Notes under the pieces: generated by a model | Databases searched by the model: none | Told to the model about the DNA's origin: nothing | What the model saw: only the letters and a program-made list of their open reading frames with translations | Shown: positions 57,146 to 64,000 of the stretch, piece by piece | How positions within the stretch are numbered: position 1 is the stretch's first letter | Layout: each line of letters begins with the position of its first letter | Position numbers and translations under genes: made by a program | NCBI GenBank assembly: GCA_010909165.1 | Contig: VJWM01000107.1 | Span: 806,001-870,000, forward strand | Source: Anthoceros angustus | Lineage: Eukaryota; Plantae; Anthocerotophyta | Reading direction: 5' to 3' | DNA length: 64,000 nucleotides

Positions 57146-60078
57146 CGTGAATTTGACCTAACAAATTTTATCGCTCCTAGACCGGCTCCAGCTTCCTCTT
57201 CACAAACCTAACCGTCCGGGCGCCCGATCCATTCGTAACACCAAGTATCCATCTGCACATCCGTGGCAAGGAACGGAAGCTCGGAGGAGCTGGTTTAGGA
57301 GGCGAAATTTGACCTAACAAATTTTATCGCTCCTAGACCAGTTGCTCAGCTTCCTCTTCACAAACCTCCAAGCGTGAGGTAACACCGGATCATCCGGACA
57401 TCCTTAGCGAAGCGAACGGAGCTCAGGAGGCGTGTAGGAGGCGTAGAATTTGCCCTCACAAACTCATCGCTCCTAGACCGGCTCCAGCTTCCTCTTCGAA
57501 CCTAACAGTCAAGCCGCTAAACCTGTCGTGGAACACCGGGCATCGCACCAATTTCTTGTTCCCAGAACCTGCTGGCTCGACGCCATCCTCGTGAACAGCG
57601 TGAATGTACAGGCGTGCCAATGATTTGCAGAGGCATGCGCGTCCTACCACCTTACCACCAAACCCTAAACCCGTCCTCGACTCACTTCAATAAAAACATA
57701 ATAGACTATTTACATACTTTGTTTCAAAGTGGACGTGAACGGGTAGCGGGAAGCCCCGGTTTGCGGAAGATTTTGTTGTTTCGAATGCGAGCTGTAAGTG
57801 GATCTGGTGCGATCCGCTTAACTAAAGCATTTTCAATGAGGGCAGGAGGCGGGCCGGAGGTTCGTCTATACGGTGCAGACAATCTTTGAGTCGGCGGTGC
57901 ATGCGGGGATTCCGTGTTGGGATTCATGTTCATCACTGATGATTCCCGTGAAGTTTGTGTCAAAGTTCGCTAAAGTGGGTGTGAAAGGGAGTTTGAGGCC
58001 GATCGGTCTGCAGCTGTGCAAGCTGGAGGCGAAGGAGATCAAACCATTTGAACTTCAACGTGCAGAGAACTGGAGCAACTCCAACCTCTTTCTTTTCATA
58101 TCTCCGAGAAGACGCCTTGGCTACCAGGAGGTGGACCAAAGTTTATGCAAGAATTGTTGAGAAAAGCAACGATAGGTGACCGGCTAGGGACTTGCAGATT
58201 CATATATTAAGCATTTGTAGGCCGGACTACAAGTGTTGAGCAATGATATTGCGCGCATGATATCTAGTCGATCGAGGACGCTGTACGCAATCGCCCACCA
58301 AATTAAGCATAGCATTGACTGTAATTCCCTTTGGCAAGTGTATCGCATAAGCTCCAGCTCCACCTCTAGCTCTGCATGCAATGTCCAGGAAGTGCTCGGT
58401 TTATTGCCTTTGAGGATAGAGTCCCATGGTCATCTATGCAGCAATACACACACGTGATCTCACGGTGCACAGCGCCACCGGCCCGGCCAGATTCATATAT
58501 TAAGCATTTGTAGGCTGGAACTTCGACCAGGTCATGGATGTCAATTGTTGGAATAGGAAGTGCCTCGTCTAATGTACTTAATATTGTTTTATGAAGTGAG
58601 CAGTGGTTGCTCTCTTGTTTGTGCAATTTGAATATTGTTTCATTTGCCGGAGTGGAGGTTCCCCATACAAACAAGATGAACACATCTTCTTCTTTTTTCT
58701 TCTCATCTCTTATCTATTTATAAAGCTAATGTTTGGTAACCAAACTTTTCAATAATAGAAAATATTTATGTGAGAAACTCAATGAAAAGAAAATAAATAT
58801 TCATTTACCTACAACTAGAAAATACTATGCATTCATAACTTGCGAATATACCCATGAAACTTAGAATAGCTTTAAGCGAACTAAGCTCTATTTAATAAAC
58901 GAAAAAAGTCAGACGGCGTATGGATTTCATGCCTTGGCCTACTTTTCTCTAATAAGTTAGCGTTGATTTTGTTGTGTTTCTTCACTATTCCAACAAATGG
59001 AGTCATGCACTTGTATGCTCCGCACTTGAGGAAGGTAGAGAGTGAGCACCCAAAGAATACTTAGTACCTTTAGCAAAATATATTTTAGAGTGCCTCTAAA
59101 GAGATGTAAGACCCACATGCATAACTTGCCCACCACCTATGATACTAGTTTGTGATTGTAAGAAACAAAGTATACGCACCTTTAGTATAACATTCCTTCT
59201 TATTGCATAAGTAAACCAAGACGGAAAATATGCTAGTACACATCCCATGCTTTACAGAAAATGGTGTGAGGTCTTTTTCACCTAGAACTTCTTTGTACTG
59301 TCCTCCGGATGCAAAGTATATCCAAGAGTTAGGTAGTCCTACGGTCTTTTTCACCTAGAACTTCTTTGCACCTGTCCTCAATACAAAGTATATCCAGAAG
59401 AGTTAGGTAGTCCTACAACCATGCGATCTTATGAACAATGGGATTGCGACATTCTTCTTCTACATTTAGAATACATTTAGAAGAATGTCACAATCCCATT
59501 GTTCTTCTTCTTCTTCTTCGAAATTTTGTGACATTTTTATGAAGATAGTGGTAGTGGAATGTCTTCTCATATTCTTGTAGGCGGTCCCAGATGTGAGTGC
59601 AGACGTGTATGGTGGCCGACAATTGGGGTGGCCAATCACCCAGACTCGCAGCAGTTGCTGGGCGGAGACGTGGGCTCGGACGGGAGTACTCTTCGCGCAT
59701 GGCATGGGGAGATCAAGGGAGATAAGGCGCGTGCTGGGTCTATGAGATCGCTTGGCTTGGGCCAACTTCACTGTCACAGACTACAAGTGTTGAACGCAAT
59801 TGGATATCTGCGGCCGCATGATATCCTAGTCCCAGTCCCAGATCGCAGAGGAACTGTCGTGTACGCAACTGCCCGGCCAGCCTGCGGGCGTTGGGGTCGC
59901 TGGATAGCATTGACCTGTAATTCCCCTTTGGCAAGTGATCGCAAAGCTCCAGCTCCACCTCTAGCTCTGCATGCAATGTCCAGTGAAGTGCTCAGATTTA
60001 TTGCCTTTGCCGGTCCAGATCTAGAGCAGCCCATGGCCGCCAGGTCGCGCGCGCAGCAATACACACACGTGATCTCAC

Positions 60079-61680
60079 CATCCCTCTGAGCAGCGGCAAG
60101 TGCCCTGGTAAGGTCCGCATTCTCTGCCTCAAGCTGTGCCTCTAGAGCTAGCCGCATTCTCTGCCTCAAGCTGTGCCTCTAGAGCTAGCCCTTCCATCCT
60201 AGTTCTGCTGTGCTGCCGCCTTTCCAACTCCAGCGCCTGTGCCACTTCCATCATGCTCAGTTGGAGCTCGGCGGCCTCTTTGACCTGCTGCTCCACACCA
60301 TCGGCAAGAGCACGCTCCAGAGCTTCCTTTTCGCATTCCAGTTGTTGCACAAGATTTTCTCGCTCTGCTAGAGCAGCCCTGGCAGCTTCAACAGCCAGGG
60401 ATTCCAGCTCCTCTGTTTTCTAAGCTTCCTCCTCTCAGCCGCTTTCCTCCTCACCTCGTCTTCATACTCAGAATCCGAGCCGGACTCGGAGCCTGACTCA
60501 GAGCGTGACTCAGAACCGCTTTCCGACCCGCTGCCAGACAACGACTCCACATCTACACGTTCTTCAGCCTCATATCCCTCCCCGAGACACTCGGCAGATT
60601 AATTATGATCCCTGCCTCCTGCGCCTGCGCTTGCTCATTCACAGCAGTTGTCCTCCTACCACTAGTTTCTGGAACGGGCTCTGGCAGGGTAGGCTCCAGC
60701 TCAAGGTCCACGAACCCGTTCAAATCCTCCGTCGTGGCAGCATTCTCGGCAGCATGCACGCCATATTGCTTCGAAACGGATCCGTGGCTCGTGTCAAGGC
60801 ATCATCCAGCAAATCCTCCACTCCACTAGGCCTTTCCAACCCCGGCGCCTCCTCCACCACCGGCTCCAATCTACCAATTCCATCATCCCGCACACCCCGT
60901 GAAACCCCATCCCTACCCTCGCCACCGGCCGAAGACGCAACATCATGACCTAATCCAAGCCTGTCTCTCCCATCCGCAGCAGCACTCCACGACACACTCC
61001 TCCGACACCCGAGGCAGCGTCCTCCGCAACCAGCACTCGCAACGCCTGCTCTTCACCAACATCGTCAATCCTCCAGGTCCAGCCTCCTCTTCACCGACTC
61101 ATCCCGGAAATTCTTCACCGAGGCAGCCGCATCACTTCCCTGTCTCCTCTCCTGCCGCCGTTCCTGCCTGCCTCACCCTGGACGACTGCGCCGCAATCTG
61201 CTTCAAGCTGGACACCGGCACCGCCTTGGACGTCGGGGTCGGCCCCGACCTCCGAGCACCATCCCTCCCGCTCCCGGGATCGCAGCTCCCACACTACTGG
61301 CAAAAGGAGTGGTAGCCCAGGACTGGAAGCAGGAGACGCCAGCAGCTGCGTCCAGTCCTGATCCGGCCGAGCAGCATGCTCCTGCCGGGTGCGCGGAGCA
61401 ACAGGCCCGGCCTTCTTCAACCCCGGACAACGTCCTCTGCTGCTGCTGCTGCTGCTGCTGCTGCGGTTGCTGCTGCTGCTGCTGCCGTGCTTGCTCTTCC
61501 GGGATTGCCAATCCCCAGGACGGCCGACCGTAATCCTCCGAGTCTCTGTCGAATTGTTCCCGTAACGAAGCCGGATGAGGACCGGGCTTTTCCGGCTTCC
61601 GCAGCGACTCCGCCGCTTGCTGGTCGATCTGCTGCAGCAACTGCTCGGCTACCTTGAGCTTGGACGAGCCAGGACGCCAT
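60079..61680 (-). pseudogene. 3'-truncated second golgin copy lacking the distal coiled coil and TM anchor
   Basis: Homology to copy 1 ends at ...ALAAAQRD (equivalent to 49103); 36-bp local duplication at ~60117-60190; frameshifts. Confidence 0.8.
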
Positions 61681-62929
61681 GGCCACATCTGCCAGCGATG
61701 AGCCCGGCAAGGCCACCCTCTTGGTTTGGGAGAGAGCGTGGAGGCCTAATGAGACAAGCCTCCTTCAGTTTTCACTTCAAAACATGTATATACTGTAGGT
61801 AGTAGAGCTTTAGGCACATCACAGACATTATGTAGCAAAGAGAATGGAAAAATCCCATTACCCCGAAACGAAGGGAACTCCTCCAGGGACACCAGGCGGA
61901 GGGACTAGCTCATGAGGGCCAATTTTAAAACTACTTAGTGCTCCGAGAGTGTTGTGGTTTGGGATATGAAAAGGCTTACCCTGCTTACCCTACCGAAGAT
62001 GCCACGGGCGTTACCTCTACAGCGCAATGGACACCCCAAGGTCTCGATTGGCCAACGCCCTTTACAGTTCCATTTCGACTCAGTAGACTCTGTCCGTTGA
62101 TCGGGAAAACTGTGTGTGTCAAACGGTAACACACGACTGAGAAAATTGAGCCCAGCAATTGGGAGAGCCCTGGTTATGTTTCCACCCAACCTCTCGAAGG
62201 GAGGATACAACTCTGATGGTTTAACTCAGCCCACGGTGAGTCAGGCTTGGATTGTCTCTCCCATACGCTTTCTGCGCATCTTTGAAGATCCCACACGTCA
62301 CAAACATGTTTACCAAAGCATAGCCCACAACCTTGTATGATGTTGACGTCCTCTTCCTCTGATCTGGGCAAGAAGCTGCCCTCCCTTCTCCGGCGATGGT
62401 AAGCCTACACTTGCACAGTCCTGGAGAGGGTCAGAAGTGCCACAGCGTTAGGCAAAGCTGTGGCCCCTTGCATTCAACTGTAAGGATCCAGGGCGTCCTC
62501 ACCCATACCTGGCTAAAAATATCAGGCAATGATTGTGGTCCAAATCAAGACTTCCCTCTGTTTGATATGTGCAGATAATGATGGCAGACAACGAGAATCC
62601 CTTGGCCTCCACCACCAGGGTGAACACCGCCATGGCTTCCTACTATCTGCCATGAGAAGCATACAACCTGCAGAGTGTGGTTGCACAAGAGTGTCCGACT
62701 GATGCCCGCTTCTCACCACGGGAGCATGGACACAGCGACCTTGAATCAGATCACTCGTCAAGGACAGTATAAAAGATTGGGAAATCCGACAGTCTGCCTT
62801 CAGCACCAGCACTCCCAGACCCTCAACAGCCTCCCTGGGCTGCCCTGCCTTCATCTTGCGGTTTAAGAAGTCACGACCATTTCAGATCCTGCTGGCTTGA
62901 CAAGACTAGCACTTACAAGGAAGCTCCAC

Positions 62930-64000
62930 TTATCCACCTGCACATCCATAGCCACAAGTGAACGGGAGCTCAGAGGAACTGGTTTAGGAGGAGTAAATTT
63001 GTTCAAACAAATCCTATCGCTCCTAGACCGGCTGCTCCCAGCTTCCTCCCAGCTTCCTCCTCCTCAACCTTGCAGTCAAGCCGCCGGACCTGTTCATGGA
63101 CACCAAGTATCCATCTGCACATCCATAGTAGCACGCGAACGGGAGCTCAGACGAGCTGGTTCAGGAGGAGAATTTGACCTACCAACTTCTATCGCTCCTA
63201 GACCGGCTGCTCACAGCTTCCTCTTCACAAACCTCACAGTCAAGGGACCAGACCTATTCGTGTAACACACGGTATCCTCGGCACATCCATAGCAGCAAGC
63301 GAACGGAAGCTCGGAGGAGCTGGTGTAGGAGGCGTAGAATTTGACCTAACAAATTCTGTCGCTCCTAGACCAGTTGCTCCCAGCTTCTCTTCACAAACCT
63401 GACCGTCAAGACGCCCGACCCAGTCGTGTAACACCCGGTATCCATCTGCACATCCGTGGCAGCAAGCGAACGGAAGCTCGGAGGAGCTGGTTTAGGAGGC
63501 GTAGAATTTGACCTAACAAATTCTGTCGCGCCTAGACCAGTTGCTCCCAGCTTCCCTTCACAAACCTAACCGTCCAGGCGCCCGATCCATTCTGTAACAC
63601 CAAGTATCCATCTGCACATCCGTGGCAGCAAGCGAACGGAAGCTCGGAGAAGCTGGTTTAGGAGGCGTAGAATTTGACCTAACAAATTCTGTCGCGCCTA
63701 GACCAGTTGCTCCCAGCTTCCTCTTCACAAACATAACCGTCCAGGCGCCCGATCCATTCGTGTAACACCAAGTATCCATCTGCACATCCGTGGCAGCAAG
63801 CGAACGGAAGCTCGGAGGAGCTGGTTTAGGAGGCGTAGAATTTGACCTAACAAAATCTGTCGCGCCTAGACCAGTTGCTCCCAGCTTCCCTTCACAAACC
63901 TAACAGTCAAGCGTGAGGTAACACCCGGATCATCTGTACATCCTTAGCAGGAAGCGAACGGGAGCTCCGAGGAGCTGGTGTAGGAGGCGTAGAATTTGCC
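62930..64000. repeat. ~168-bp tandem array, second large copy, running off the window end
   Basis: Same unit as 53165-54330. Confidence 0.92.

Larger units (their letters stand above)
57145..64000. repeat. Segmental tandem duplication: 57145-60078 repeats ~53900-56820, and 60079-64000 repeats 49103-~54250
   Basis: Long near-identical stretches; junction GATCTCAC|CATCCCTCTGAG at 60078/60079; differences are mainly small indels. Confidence 0.92.

Overview
Eukaryotic nuclear DNA from a land plant, most consistent with a bryophyte, possibly a hornwort. That assignment is inferred from short GT-AG introns, CCCTAAA telomeric motifs, an Hsp33 gene of the algal/moss type and several PLS-type PPR remnants. 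Intact-looking genes I could reconstruct by hand: a DUF1442-type SAM methyltransferase whose spliced model ends in an ACT domain missed by the ORF track (10205-12979 +); a small single-TM protein (20654-21189 -); a 177-aa orphan (26411-26944 -); a TRM/LONGIFOLIA gene (27395-32425 -); tRNA-Lys(CTT); a 459-aa intronless orphan built from two copies of an unrecognised domain (39788-41167 -); Hsp33 (42410-44500 +); a PI-PLC X-domain protein (44762-46468 -); and a golgin-84/GC2-like gene (48353-51554 -). The rest is decayed MULE/SWIM transposase sequence, PPR, PI-PLC and sugar-transporter remnants, inverted duplications and many tandem repeats. Both ends of the window (1-4.7 kb and 49-64 kb) are indel-rich and duplicated, and probably include long-read assembly artefacts. 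The best candidates for something undescribed are the methyltransferase-ACT fusion and the two-domain orphan protein. No database searches were run; family assignments rest on recalled motifs.
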